DNA of 64,000 bases, taken from NCBI GenBank assembly GCA_965209055.1, contig OZ242374.1, positions 5,312,001 to 5,376,000 on the forward strand, in the 5' to 3' direction. Below are positions 18,174 through 28,703 of this stretch, piece by piece. Under the pieces are notes generated by a model. It searched no databases. It was not told the DNA's origin and saw only the letters and a list, made by a program, of their open reading frames with translations. The position numbers and the translations under genes are program-made. The stretch is from Acidobacteriota bacterium (GTDB taxonomy: Bacteria; Acidobacteriota; UBA6911; RPQK01; JAJDTT01). Every line of letters starts with the position of its first letter. Positions within the stretch are counted from its first letter, which is position 1.

Positions 18174-19133
18174 CTATTTCCACGCCGCCCATTTCTCCAG
18201 GTGCAGGTAACGGTCCACCTCCTTCGGGGCCAGCAGCCACATCAGCAGCGCCTTCTGGACGTGGAGCCGGTTCTCCGCCTGTTCGAACACCAGCGAGTAG
18301 GGAGCGTCGATGACCGCGTCGGTCACCTCCTGGTTCCGGTGGGCCGGGAGGCAGTGCATGAAGAAGGAATCCTTTCCGGTCCGGGCCATCAATTCGGGCG
18401 TCACCTGGTAGGGCCGGAATTCGGCCAGCCTCTCCTGAGCCTCGCCTTCCTGGCCCATGCTGACCCAGGTGTCGGTATAGACGGCATCGGCTCCCCGGAT
18501 CCCGTCCGGAGAATCGCTCCAATGACAAGTGGCGCGCTCGTTGGTGGACAATCGCCGGAAATCTTCCTGCCAATCCGGATAGGGCTGCCGACTCTCGGGA
18601 GTCACGGTCGTAAAGCACATGCCCGAGAGGGCGGCCGCATGAACCAGCGACGCGCAGACGTTGTTTCCGTCTCCGATGTAGGCCAGGGTCCGTCCCTCCA
18701 CGTTCGACCACTTCTCCACCAAGGTGAAGATGTCGGCCAAGGCCTGACAGGGGTGCTCCTCGTCGGTCAGGGCGTTGATCACCGAGCAACGGGCATACTC
18801 GGAGAGCTGGATCAGCACCTGGTGGGAGAAGGTGCGGGCCACCAGGCAGTCGAACCAGCGCTCCAGGTTCTTGGCCACGTCGCTCAGAGCCTCCCGCTGT
18901 CCCAGATTGGCCTCCTGGTAGTCGAGATAGACGGCGTCGCCTCCCAACTGCTGGATTCCCAGCTCGAAGGTCAGCCGGGTGCGCAACGACGGCTTCTCGA
19001 AGATCAGGACGATGCTCTTGCCCGGAATCATGCGCCTGAAATTGGATGGCCGCGACTTGACCTCCCGGCTCAGATGCAGGAGCTGGGTCCACTGCCTGGG
19101 GCTCAGGTCTGCCAGAGAGATGAAGTCCCTCAT
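18174..19133 (-). CDS. argF: Ornithine carbamoyltransferase
   Basis: FEKPSLRTR, HPCQ, GDGNNV, DTWVSMG, HCLP, QAENRLH. Confidence 0.93.
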   Translation of the reverse strand: MRDFISLADLSPRQWTQLLHLSREVKSRPSNFRRMIPGKSIVLIFEKPSLRTRLTFELGIQQLGGDAVYLDYQEANLGQREALSDVAKNLERWFDCLVARTFSHQVLIQLSEYARCSVINALTDEEHPCQALADIFTLVEKWSNVEGRTLAYIGDGNNVCASLVHAAALSGMCFTTVTPESRQPYPDWQEDFRRLSTNERATCHWSDSPDGIRGADAVYTDTWVSMGQEGEAQERLAEFRPYQVTPELMARTGKDSFFMHCLPAHRNQEVTDAVIDAPYSLVFEQAENRLHVQKALLMWLLAPKEVDRYLHLEKWAAWK

Positions 19134-20545
19134 GGCTGGTCCTCCCTTGAATTACTTCCATTCCCGCGGGTCCGGAGCCGGTCCTCCCAGCGGTCGATCT
19201 GCTGCCGGATGGAGGCCAGCCCGGTGCTCCCCGAGTGGAATTTATGATCGAGGGCGCCCTCCGGTTTCAAGACGCCCTGAACGTCCGAACCGCACCGGGG
19301 CGCAAGCTTGCGGATTTCCCGCAAGGAGAGCTGCCGCAACGTCCGGTTATGCTTCACGCAATAGGCCACCAGGCGCCCGACCTGTTCGTGAGCGGTCCGG
19401 AACGGAACCCCCAGGGACACCAGGTGTTCCGCCAGATCCGTGGCGGTGAGGAATCCCCGCTCCAGCGCCGGTCCGATTCGACTCGAAACCACTCGCATCC
19501 GCCTCGCCACCAGGGTCAGGATCCCCAGCGTCTCCCCCACCGTGTCCACGGCGGGAAAGAGGTGCTCCTTGTCCTGCTGCAGGTCGCGGTTGTAGGAACT
19601 GGGCAGGCCCTTGAGAAGGATGGCCATGGCGCTGGCATGCCCCAGCACCGTGGCCGTCTTGCCCCGGCACAGCTCCAGCAGATCCGGATTCTTCTTCTGG
19701 GGCATCATGCTGCTGCCGGTGCAAAGGGACTCGGGAAGCTCCACCCACCCTACCGGCGTGCTGGAGAAATAGATCAGGTCCTCGGCCATGCGGCTGGCGT
19801 GGAGCATGATCTGGGTGGCGATCTGAAGCAGCTCCAGCAGGAAGTCCCGGTCCCCCACCACGTCGTAGCTGTTTTCGAAGCTGGAGGCGAATCCCAGCTC
19901 CCGTGCGGTCCAGCCCGGATCCAGAGGCAAGGTGCTGCCGGCCAGAGCGCCGGCGCCCAGGGGACTGACGCTGTGGAGGCGCCGGTAGGCGGCCAGCCTC
20001 TGGTGGTCCCGGTCGAACATGTCGCAGTAGGCCAGCAGATAATGCGCCCAGGAGACCGGTTGAGCGGCCTGCAGATGGGTCCAGCCGGGGAAGAGCTCGC
20101 GCTCCAGGCTCCGGGCCCGGGCCAATAGACCCTCCTGGACCCGCCGGATCATCTCCTGCCATCCCAGCGCCGCGTCCAGGCAGAACAGCTTCAGATCCAC
20201 GGCCACCTGGTCGTTGCGGCTTCGACCCGTGTGGAGCCGGCGCCCCTCGTCGCCCACCAGCTCACACAGGCGGACCTCGATGTTCATGTGAATGTCTTCC
20301 AGTTCGTCCCGGTACGGAAACTGTCCGGACCGGATCTCCTCCTCAACCTGGTCCAGTCCCTGCAGGATCCGGTCCCGGTCCCCGCGGCTGACGATCCCCT
20401 GCCGGCACAGCATCCTGACGTGGGCCCGGCTGCCCTGGATGTCGTAGCCGGCCAATCGCCGGTCCACATGAAGAGACCGGGTGTAGTCCTGGACCGCCTG
20501 GTCCGGATCTTCCGTGAATCGGCCTGCCCAGGGAGATCGGGTCAT
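19130..20545 (-). CDS. argH: Argininosuccinate lyase
   Basis: WAGRF, HTGRSRNDQV, GSSMMPQKKNPD. Confidence 0.96.
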   Translation of the reverse strand: MTRSPWAGRFTEDPDQAVQDYTRSLHVDRRLAGYDIQGSRAHVRMLCRQGIVSRGDRDRILQGLDQVEEEIRSGQFPYRDELEDIHMNIEVRLCELVGDEGRRLHTGRSRNDQVAVDLKLFCLDAALGWQEMIRRVQEGLLARARSLERELFPGWTHLQAAQPVSWAHYLLAYCDMFDRDHQRLAAYRRLHSVSPLGAGALAGSTLPLDPGWTARELGFASSFENSYDVVGDRDFLLELLQIATQIMLHASRMAEDLIYFSSTPVGWVELPESLCTGSSMMPQKKNPDLLELCRGKTATVLGHASAMAILLKGLPSSYNRDLQQDKEHLFPAVDTVGETLGILTLVARRMRVVSSRIGPALERGFLTATDLAEHLVSLGVPFRTAHEQVGRLVAYCVKHNRTLRQLSLREIRKLAPRCGSDVQGVLKPEGALDHKFHSGSTGLASIRQQIDRWEDRLRTRGNGSNSREDQP

Positions 20546-20558
20546 GGTCTTCTGTCTT

Positions 20559-21830
<1,272 letters not shown>

Positions 21831-21843
21831 GCCGGCGGCAGCG

Positions 21844-22287
21844 TCACCGCTCCCGCCGCCAGCCGGGACCTCCACCGCGAGCTCCCAGTTGGCGCTTCAC
21901 CAGACGGGCATCATGGCCGTCGGCAACGACGGCCAGGAGAGTGTCCTCTCCCGCCACGGTGCCCAGGATCCCCGCCAGTCCCATCTCGTCGATCCGGTAG
22001 GCGACTGCCGGAGCCATCCCGGCATCCGTATGCACCACGAGGAGGTTCCCGCTGACCTCGCAACTCCGAAAGAGCGGAGCGCGTCGATTCTCCCGGAACG
22101 CATATTTATACCCGCCCCCATCGTCCACGGTCTTGATCACGCCCAGTTCCTTGAGGTCCCTGGAGAGCGTCGCCTGGGTGACACTCAACCCCTTTTCCAT
22201 TAACGCCTTTCGCAAGGACTTCTGACTGGAAATGGTCTTGGTCTCCACGATTCGGACGATGGCCTCCTGTCTCAGTTTCTTATTCAT
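21844..22287 (-). CDS. argR: Arginine repressor
   Basis: VTQATLSRDLKELG and ILGTVAGEDTL. Confidence 0.93.
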   Translation of the reverse strand: MNKKLRQEAIVRIVETKTISSQKSLRKALMEKGLSVTQATLSRDLKELGVIKTVDDGGGYKYAFRENRRAPLFRSCEVSGNLLVVHTDAGMAPAVAYRIDEMGLAGILGTVAGEDTLLAVVADGHDARLVKRQLGARGGGPGWRRER

Positions 22288-22299
22288 TTCCAGGAAGAA

Positions 22300-22333
22300 T
22301 GCAATTTTATACAGGATTCCCCCCCGGAGTCAA
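22300..22333 (-). promoter_or_regulatory. Sigma70 promoter overlapped by an ARG box
   Basis: TTGACT (22333-22328), 18 bp, TAAAAT (22309-22304). TGTATAAAATTGCA (22313-22300) fits the ARG box core. Confidence 0.7.
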
Positions 22334-22369
22334 ACCGGGAGAACTGAGTATCCGGGCGGACGTCCGGAA

Positions 22370-23452
22370 TCAGGCGATTTTCTTGAAGGTGCTGTAGACG
22401 GAGTTTCTTTGAGCGGGAGTGAAGCCGGCGTCGAGGATCAATTGAACCAGATCGGAGCGCCGGGCCGTGTAATGGGCGCCGGCGGTGCTGATCACGTTCT
22501 CCTCGATCATGATGCTGCCCACGTCATTGGCACCGAAATGGAGCGCGATCTGGCCCACCTGGAGACCCTGGGTCAACCAGGAGACCTGGAGGTTGACGAT
22601 GTTGTCCAGGTAGATCCGGGCGACCGCCAAGAGGGTGAGGTATTCCACCGCCGCAACCTCCCGCTGGATGGACTGCTGCATGGGGGTCCCCTCCAACTGG
22701 ACGTTCCACGGGATGAAGGCCACGAACCCTCCCGTCTCATCCTGGAGGCTGCGGATGCCCTCCAGGTGCTCGACCCGCTCCCGGAGGGATTCGCCGCCGC
22801 CGATCATCATGGTGGCGGTGGTGGGCAGCCCCTCTTCGTGGCCGACCCGCATCACCTCCAACCACTGCCGGGCGGTGCACTTGCCGGGACTGATTTCCCG
22901 GCGCATCCGCTCGGTCAGGATCTCGGCGCCGCCGCCGGGAATGGATTGGAGTCCCGCCGCCTTCAGCCTTCGAATCGACTCCCGGAGGGAGAGCCGGCTG
23001 AGCCGGGCCAGGACGACGATCTCCGGCGGAGAAAAGCAGTGCAGGTGGATGGCGGGGTAGCGTTCCCGAATGGAGCTGAGCAGTTCTTCGTAGTAGTCGA
23101 TCTTGAGTTCGGGGTGCATGCCCCCCTGCATCAGAATTCCGGTCCCGCCGAGGGCCAGGGTCTCCTCGATTTTCTTGAAGATGGTCTCGTTGGACAGGAC
23201 GTAGCCCTCGTCATGGCCGGGCCGCCGGTAGAAATTGCAGAAGGTGCAACGGGCGACGCACACGTTGGTGTAGTTGACGTTCCGGTCCACCAGGAAGGAG
23301 ACGACGCCGTCCGGATGCAGTCTGCGCCGCATCCAGTCGGCGGCCTGGCCCAACTGCTGGAGTTCACCGGACTTCAATAGAACGAGAGCATCGGACGCCT
23401 CCAACCGCTGTCCGCGGTACACACCCTCCAGGATGCTCTCCGGCGTCTTCAT
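22370..23452 (-). CDS. mqnC: Cyclic dehypoxanthinyl futalosine synthase (radical SAM)
   Basis: DRNVNYTNVCVARCTFCNF, LMQGG.HP, SIPGGGAEIL, QVSWLTQG, FGANDVGSIMIEENV. Confidence 0.88.
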   Translation of the reverse strand: MKTPESILEGVYRGQRLEASDALVLLKSGELQQLGQAADWMRRRLHPDGVVSFLVDRNVNYTNVCVARCTFCNFYRRPGHDEGYVLSNETIFKKIEETLALGGTGILMQGGMHPELKIDYYEELLSSIRERYPAIHLHCFSPPEIVVLARLSRLSLRESIRRLKAAGLQSIPGGGAEILTERMRREISPGKCTARQWLEVMRVGHEEGLPTTATMMIGGGESLRERVEHLEGIRSLQDETGGFVAFIPWNVQLEGTPMQQSIQREVAAVEYLTLLAVARIYLDNIVNLQVSWLTQGLQVGQIALHFGANDVGSIMIEENVISTAGAHYTARRSDLVQLILDAGFTPAQRNSVYSTFKKIA

Positions 23453-23628
23453 GACCAGCGTATTCTAGCAGCCTGCGCCGAAACCCGCCGTGGCGCGACA
23501 CCGGCCGCAACGCCCCGCTTTCTCTGTCTTCTCTTCACTCTTTCCTCATTTTCTTTTCCCTCTGTTACAATCGCGCGGATCGGCAAGTTGCCCGAAACCT
23601 GCTTGCCGGACCCGTACAGGGCAGGATC

Positions 23629-23826
23629 ATGATCTGGACACCTCTCGCCTACCTGGATCCCGGATCGGGGAGTCTCTTTCTTCAACTGCTGCTGGGGGGC
23701 ATCGCGGGAGTGGCCGTCTTGGGAAAAGTCGTCTGGCACCGGATCAAGTCTGCCCTTGGAGTGCGGTCCGCCGCTCCGGAGAAGGCCGCCGCATCCCTGG
23801 AGCGGACCGGCCGGAAGACGGAATAA
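23629..23826 (+). CDS. Small membrane protein, 'YLDPGSGS' family
   Basis: AYLDPGSGSLFLQLLLGG + TM + basic tail; extended -10 TGtTACAAT at 23563-23571. Confidence 0.75.
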   Translation: MIWTPLAYLDPGSGSLFLQLLLGGIAGVAVLGKVVWHRIKSALGVRSAAPEKAAASLERTGRKTE

Positions 23827-23869
23827 CGGATCTCGAGCATCCCGGTCCGACGAAAATCGTTCCTTTCCC

Positions 23870-25270
23870 ATGTCTGAAGTCCGAAGCGAGCCTGGATCGT
23901 TCCGCGATCGCCATGGCCGCGTCTTCTACCGGGACGGGGCCGTCTATCGCTCCCTGAGCCGGCAAGCCGTCGAAGCCTGGGAAAGGTTGGAGAAGACCCG
24001 ATTCTTTCCCCGGCTGGTGGATGAGGGCCTGATCGTCAGAACCCGTCGCGTGGACGCCGACGGATTGGCGTCCACGGATGCGCCGCCCGGAGACTGGGCG
24101 GGCATTCTGCACCACGAGACCGTCCCCTACGTCTCCTATCCCTACGAGTGGTCGTTCCGGATGCTGCAGGATGCCGCCCTGCTGCAGCTCCGGCTGATCT
24201 CCGAGTCTCTGGCCGAAGGGATGATCCTCAAGGACGCCACCCCCTACAACGTTCAGTGGAACGGGAGCCGGCCGGTCTTCATCGACATTCCCTCCTTTGA
24301 ACCCTTGCCGCCGGGCGGAGCCTGGACCGGATACCGGCAATTCTGCAGCCTCTACCTGTACCCGCTGATGTTGCAGGCCTATCGAAACCTGCCGTTCCAG
24401 CACTGGCTCAGGGGGAGTCTCGACGGAATCTCGCCGCGAGAGTGCCGGGACGTACTCTCCACCCGGGATCTGTTCCGCTCCGGAGTCCTCCCTCACGTCT
24501 GGCTCCAGAGCCGCTTCCAGGAGAAATACGGCGCGCGCAAGGAGAGCGCCAGCCAGCTTCTCAAGGACGCCGGCTTCAACCGGAAGGCGATCCTCTCCAA
24601 CGTCAGCCGTCTGACCCGGCTGGTTTCACGACTGAGATGGACACCCCCCGCCTCCCAGTGGACCGGATATGCCGGGGACAACACCTATTCCGGGCCGGAC
24701 CGGGAAGCCAAACGGGAATTCGTCCGCTGGGCGGTGGATCGAAAGCGATGGAAGACGACCTGGGACCTGGGAGCCAACACGGGCGACTACTCGCGACTGG
24801 CCGCCGCCGGGTCAGAGTACGTCCTGGCCCTGGAGCGGGACTCGGCCTCGGTGGACCTCCTCTACCGGGACCTGCGCCGGGAGGGTCCCGGCAACATACT
24901 TCCGCTGGTGGTCAACCTGGCCGATCCCTCGCCGTCACTGGGATGGCGTTGCCGGGAAAGGACCTCCCTCACGGAGCGAGGATCCCCGCAATTGGTCCTC
25001 TCCCTGGCGCTGATCCATCACATGGTCATCGCCGCCAACATTCCACTGGCGGAGTTCGTCGAATGGCTTTCGGGGCTGGGAGGCTCACTGGTCATCGAGT
25101 TCGTGCGCCGGGACGACCCCATGGTCCGGATGCTCCTGCGGAACAAGGAGGACCAGTACACCGACTACCGGATGGAGTCCTTCGAGGAGTGCCTGGGAAA
25201 TTTCTTCCGGGTCCACCGGCGCCGGGAACTGCCCTCCGGGTCCAGGGTCCTCTACTTCGCGGAGGCATGA
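23870..25270 (+). CDS. NoeA-like class I SAM-dependent methyltransferase with kinase-like N-terminal domain
   Basis: GSFRD, SYPYEWSF, LKDATPYNVQ, FIDIPSF, WDLGANTG, LALIHH. Confidence 0.85.
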   Translation: MSEVRSEPGSFRDRHGRVFYRDGAVYRSLSRQAVEAWERLEKTRFFPRLVDEGLIVRTRRVDADGLASTDAPPGDWAGILHHETVPYVSYPYEWSFRMLQDAALLQLRLISESLAEGMILKDATPYNVQWNGSRPVFIDIPSFEPLPPGGAWTGYRQFCSLYLYPLMLQAYRNLPFQHWLRGSLDGISPRECRDVLSTRDLFRSGVLPHVWLQSRFQEKYGARKESASQLLKDAGFNRKAILSNVSRLTRLVSRLRWTPPASQWTGYAGDNTYSGPDREAKREFVRWAVDRKRWKTTWDLGANTGDYSRLAAAGSEYVLALERDSASVDLLYRDLRREGPGNILPLVVNLADPSPSLGWRCRERTSLTERGSPQLVLSLALIHHMVIAANIPLAEFVEWLSGLGGSLVIEFVRRDDPMVRMLLRNKEDQYTDYRMESFEECLGNFFRVHRRRELPSGSRVLYFAEA

Positions 25271-25300
25271 CCGGTCACGGCGGTGCCTTCCGACTCCACT

Positions 25301-25372
25301 CTCGATCAGAACGGACTTGACTGCCGCCGTCGCCCGGTCAGGGTAGTCCCCCGCGTATTGAGGCTCTGTCAC
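25301..25372 (-). pseudogene. 24-codon N-terminal remnant of the cognate nucleotidyltransferase (AbiEii-like) toxin
   Basis: GTG overlaps the antitoxin TGA. VTEPQYAGDYPDRATAAVKSVLIE resembles, from recall, the start of the partner gene; the frame then runs into the convergent methyltransferase end. Confidence 0.6.
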
Positions 25373-26475
25373 AACCACGGAAAGCACCTTGAGGCCAAGT
25401 GGTCGGCAGCCTCACGTTCTCGATCATTGCCGAGCCAGAGATCGAGGTATGTGACGATCGGACTGGTGCAGAATATGCCCGGCGCCGGCTGAACGGCGTC
25501 CTCGAGCAAACTCTCATCGTTCGGGATGCACACGACTACATTCGTTCCTTTTTCGGTATGAACAAGCTTCAACGCCTGCTCCAGCATCCGAGCACCAGAC
25601 TCGTCGGCGTAGAAGCTGTGTGTGCCGCCCCGGGCGAAGGGCGCGATCCATTGGGCGGCCGAGTTTGACGAGAAAACTGCGCGTGGAAGCTGGGGTTCCG
25701 GATTCAGCTTTCCCGACAACTGTTTGCTGAGCTGCTCGCCGTGCAAGAGCGTATATCCGCTAATGCGGCGACCCGCCGGCTCGCGGTATTCGTCGCGCCA
25801 TGTCCTCAATAACGTATTCGGTTGGACAAGGATGGTGCCGTCCGTCCCGTTTTCGATCCATTCTCGTGCGAGCAGGGCTTTACGGACGTTGCTCACATGG
25901 CCAAGGCTCGCATTGGCCGCTTCCGCCAGGTCGGTGACACGCCATGGCTGACCAGGATCGCGAAGGAGCACCCGCAGAATTGCCGCCGCCTTCGGGGCGA
26001 AGATCGACCTTAGAGCACGGGTTTCGGGCTTGGGCCTGTCCGCAACCGCCCGATCGATATACACATTGTCGAAAGCGAGGTGAGCGTTTCCGACCATGTC
26101 CAGGTAGGCAATATCGTGGTCCACGCAGATCGATCGAGACTCGGGAGACAGGTAGGGACTCACGAGCATGGGGATCAAACGTCCGTCGGAATCCCCGTGA
26201 CCGGACTGACGAGCATGGGCCAAGTAGCCTTTGAGTTCATAGACCGCAGACCGTACGAAACGGGGTGCACCGTTCGACTTGAATTCGATGACGAGTGCAT
26301 AGGTGTCCTCACCATGGTCGAACTCGATACGTCCGTCTATGGGATAGTCGCTTCCACGCCACTGTTCGTGCTGAACTGAACTGGTAACAAGGTGCGGCAC
26401 ATGGGTGAGCAGGTCACGCGCCGCATGCACGGCGGCGACCTGCAGATCTTTTACTGATTTCTGTTTTTTCAGCAT
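25369..26475 (-). CDS. Type IV TA AbiEi-family antitoxin / transcriptional regulator
   Basis: SPYLSP, YLDMVGNA, HTH WRVTDLAEAANASLGHVSNVRKAL, C-terminal TYLDLW...REREAADHL. Confidence 0.85.
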   Translation of the reverse strand: MLKKQKSVKDLQVAAVHAARDLLTHVPHLVTSSVQHEQWRGSDYPIDGRIEFDHGEDTYALVIEFKSNGAPRFVRSAVYELKGYLAHARQSGHGDSDGRLIPMLVSPYLSPESRSICVDHDIAYLDMVGNAHLAFDNVYIDRAVADRPKPETRALRSIFAPKAAAILRVLLRDPGQPWRVTDLAEAANASLGHVSNVRKALLAREWIENGTDGTILVQPNTLLRTWRDEYREPAGRRISGYTLLHGEQLSKQLSGKLNPEPQLPRAVFSSNSAAQWIAPFARGGTHSFYADESGARMLEQALKLVHTEKGTNVVVCIPNDESLLEDAVQPAPGIFCTSPIVTYLDLWLGNDREREAADHLASRCFPWL

Positions 26476-26554
26476 GTATTGAAAATACTGAATTGTAGTG
26501 AAAATTCCAAGAGACTTTCACTAATATAGGGTTTTCAACGATTTGCTGAAAAAA
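26464..26554. promoter_or_regulatory. ~90-bp AT-rich palindrome, putative AbiEi operator
   Basis: ttttttcagca/tgctgaaaaaa, ttgaaaa/ttttcaa and tagtgaaa/tttcacta are all centred at ~26509. Confidence 0.7.
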
Positions 26555-26635
26555 GAGCATGGTGACAGCGCCAATGGAAGAAATATGGACCGGGAGCGAC
26601 GCTTGGAGGGTTGGAGGGCGAGTGTTGAAAACACG

Positions 26636-26812
26636 CTAGGCCAACACGGAGCGTTTGACACGTATGGTGACCTGCTCCGTAAGGTCAGGCTGAACGAGTT
26701 CCGCCTGCCGCCAGAAGGTCTCGTCCAACTCGGGGATATCGCCGAAGTCGATGTTCTCGTCCTTCGTGGCTGCGATCTCTGTGGGGCTAAGGGGCCTATC
26801 GTGTTCGCTCAT
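26636..26812 (-). pseudogene. Truncated BrnA antitoxin
   Basis: DENIDFGDIPELDETFWRQA...EQVTIRVKRSVLA then stop; lacks the GYQTRIN segment. Confidence 0.75.
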
Positions 26813-26906
26813 CGTAAGCCTTATAACACGACTGGTTTTCAGGTAGCGTGCCAAGGGGCTAGAATGGGGGCAACTCGCTTGCCTCTTCAGTACTCAGGAG
26901 TGTCCC

Positions 26907-28703
26907 ATGCCGAACAAGTCTCGATTGCCAACCCTCCCCTTCCCGCTGATCATCCATTTGCTCGTCGGCGCCGTCCTGCCGGCATGTGCTGCACCCCAGG
27001 GCGCGGAGGAACCCAGGTCCCAACCCGAGTATCGCATCAGGACCCAAATCAACCTGAAGGTTCCCATGCGCGACGGGGTGAATCTCGCGGCCGATGTCTT
27101 TCGCCCGGACGCACCCGGAAAATTTCCCACCTTGCTCCTGCGCAGCTACCACGGGACGCAGGGGTACATGACGATGGCCCTCTACTTCGCCCGCAGGGGC
27201 TATGCGGTGGTCATGGTGGATGTTCGAGGCCGATACGATTCGGACGGGGAGTTCGAATTCTACGTGTACGAACCGGAGGACGGCTACGACACCCAGCAAT
27301 GGGTGGCGAAACAGACCTGGTGCAATGGAAAGATCGGCCTCTTCGGCCATTCCTACAACGGCTTCACCCAGTTGATGCCGGCGCCATTGCAGAGTCCCCA
27401 TGTCCTGTGCATGATCCCCAGCTCCTGCCAGCAGACCAATTTCGGCCATATCTACAACGATGGCGTGCTCCAGCTCAACGTCGTGATCACGGCCGGCCTG
27501 TTCGGTTCCGGACGTGTGCTGCAGCCCACCATCGCCGGTGTCTACTCGGGTGATCCCTTCATCGACTACGACGAGATCTATCGGCGCCTGCCGTTGATCA
27601 CCGCCCTGGACGACATCGTGGAATTGCCCAACGTCAAGAAATGGATCGAGCATTCCACCTATGACGAGTACTGGAAGGCGCACGGAATACGGGACAAGTA
27701 CCATCTCATCCAAGCCCCCGCCTTTTTCATCAACGGCTGGTACGGCAATCTCCTCCTCGAAGGTTGGAAGAATCTGAACGGGTTTCGTCTCCAGGGAGGA
27801 TCTGCCGCCGCCCGCGAGGGCACCAAGATCATCGTCGGGCCCTGGACCCACGCGGTGAATCGGGTGGACCCGGACTGGCCCGTCGACTTCGGCGACACGG
27901 CAACCTACGACAGTCTCGATTTCCACGTGCGCTGGTACGACCACTGGCTCAAGGGGATGGACAACGGCATCGGCGAGGAGCCGCCCATCAAGATCTTCGT
28001 GATGGGAGCCAACCAGTGGCGCTTCGAGAACGAGTGGCCTCTGGAGCGAACCCGATTCACGCCGTTCTATCTGCACAGTGGAGGAAAGGCCAATTCGCTC
28101 TGCGGCGACGGATCTCTGACGGCTGAAGATCCCCTCCCGAATGCTCCAACGGACGGCTTTGTCTACGATCCGGAGAACCCCGTCCCCACCGTGGGTGGGC
28201 GGATTTCCACGAATCCCGAGCTCCAGGGACCTCGCGACCGGCAGGCGTTGCAGGAGCGTCAGGATATTCTCGTCTACACCTCGGAACCCCTGGAAGCGGA
28301 CCTGGAAGTCACCGGACCGGTGGAACTCAAGTTGTATGCCGCATCGAGCGCCGTGGACACCGATTTCACAGCGGCCCTGAGCGACGTCTACCCGGACGGC
28401 CGGGCGATTCTCATCTGTGAGGGAATCCGGAGGGCCAGCTTTCGGGAGTCACTGGAGCACCCGACTCCCATCGAACCGGGGAAGATCTATGAATACTCGA
28501 TCAGCCTTTGGGAGACCAGCAACGTCTTCAAGGCGGGTCACCGGATGCGGCTCGAGATCTCGAGCAGTGACTTTCCCCGCTACGCCCGGAACCTGAACAC
28601 GGGGAACCGGTCGGGGATGAGCGCCGAGATGTTGAAGGCCCGCCAGACCATCCATCACAGCGCGCGGTACCCGTCCCGTCTCGTGCTGCCGGTCATTCCG
28701 TAG
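26907..28703 (+). CDS. CocE/NonD-family hydrolase, probable lipoprotein
   Basis: VPMRDGV, DVRGRYDSDG, GHSYNG nucleophile, GPWTH, PepX_C-type tail; LPAC lipobox. Confidence 0.93.
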   Translation: MPNKSRLPTLPFPLIIHLLVGAVLPACAAPQGAEEPRSQPEYRIRTQINLKVPMRDGVNLAADVFRPDAPGKFPTLLLRSYHGTQGYMTMALYFARRGYAVVMVDVRGRYDSDGEFEFYVYEPEDGYDTQQWVAKQTWCNGKIGLFGHSYNGFTQLMPAPLQSPHVLCMIPSSCQQTNFGHIYNDGVLQLNVVITAGLFGSGRVLQPTIAGVYSGDPFIDYDEIYRRLPLITALDDIVELPNVKKWIEHSTYDEYWKAHGIRDKYHLIQAPAFFINGWYGNLLLEGWKNLNGFRLQGGSAAAREGTKIIVGPWTHAVNRVDPDWPVDFGDTATYDSLDFHVRWYDHWLKGMDNGIGEEPPIKIFVMGANQWRFENEWPLERTRFTPFYLHSGGKANSLCGDGSLTAEDPLPNAPTDGFVYDPENPVPTVGGRISTNPELQGPRDRQALQERQDILVYTSEPLEADLEVTGPVELKLYAASSAVDTDFTAALSDVYPDGRAILICEGIRRASFRESLEHPTPIEPGKIYEYSISLWETSNVFKAGHRMRLEISSSDFPRYARNLNTGNRSGMSAEMLKARQTIHHSARYPSRLVLPVIP

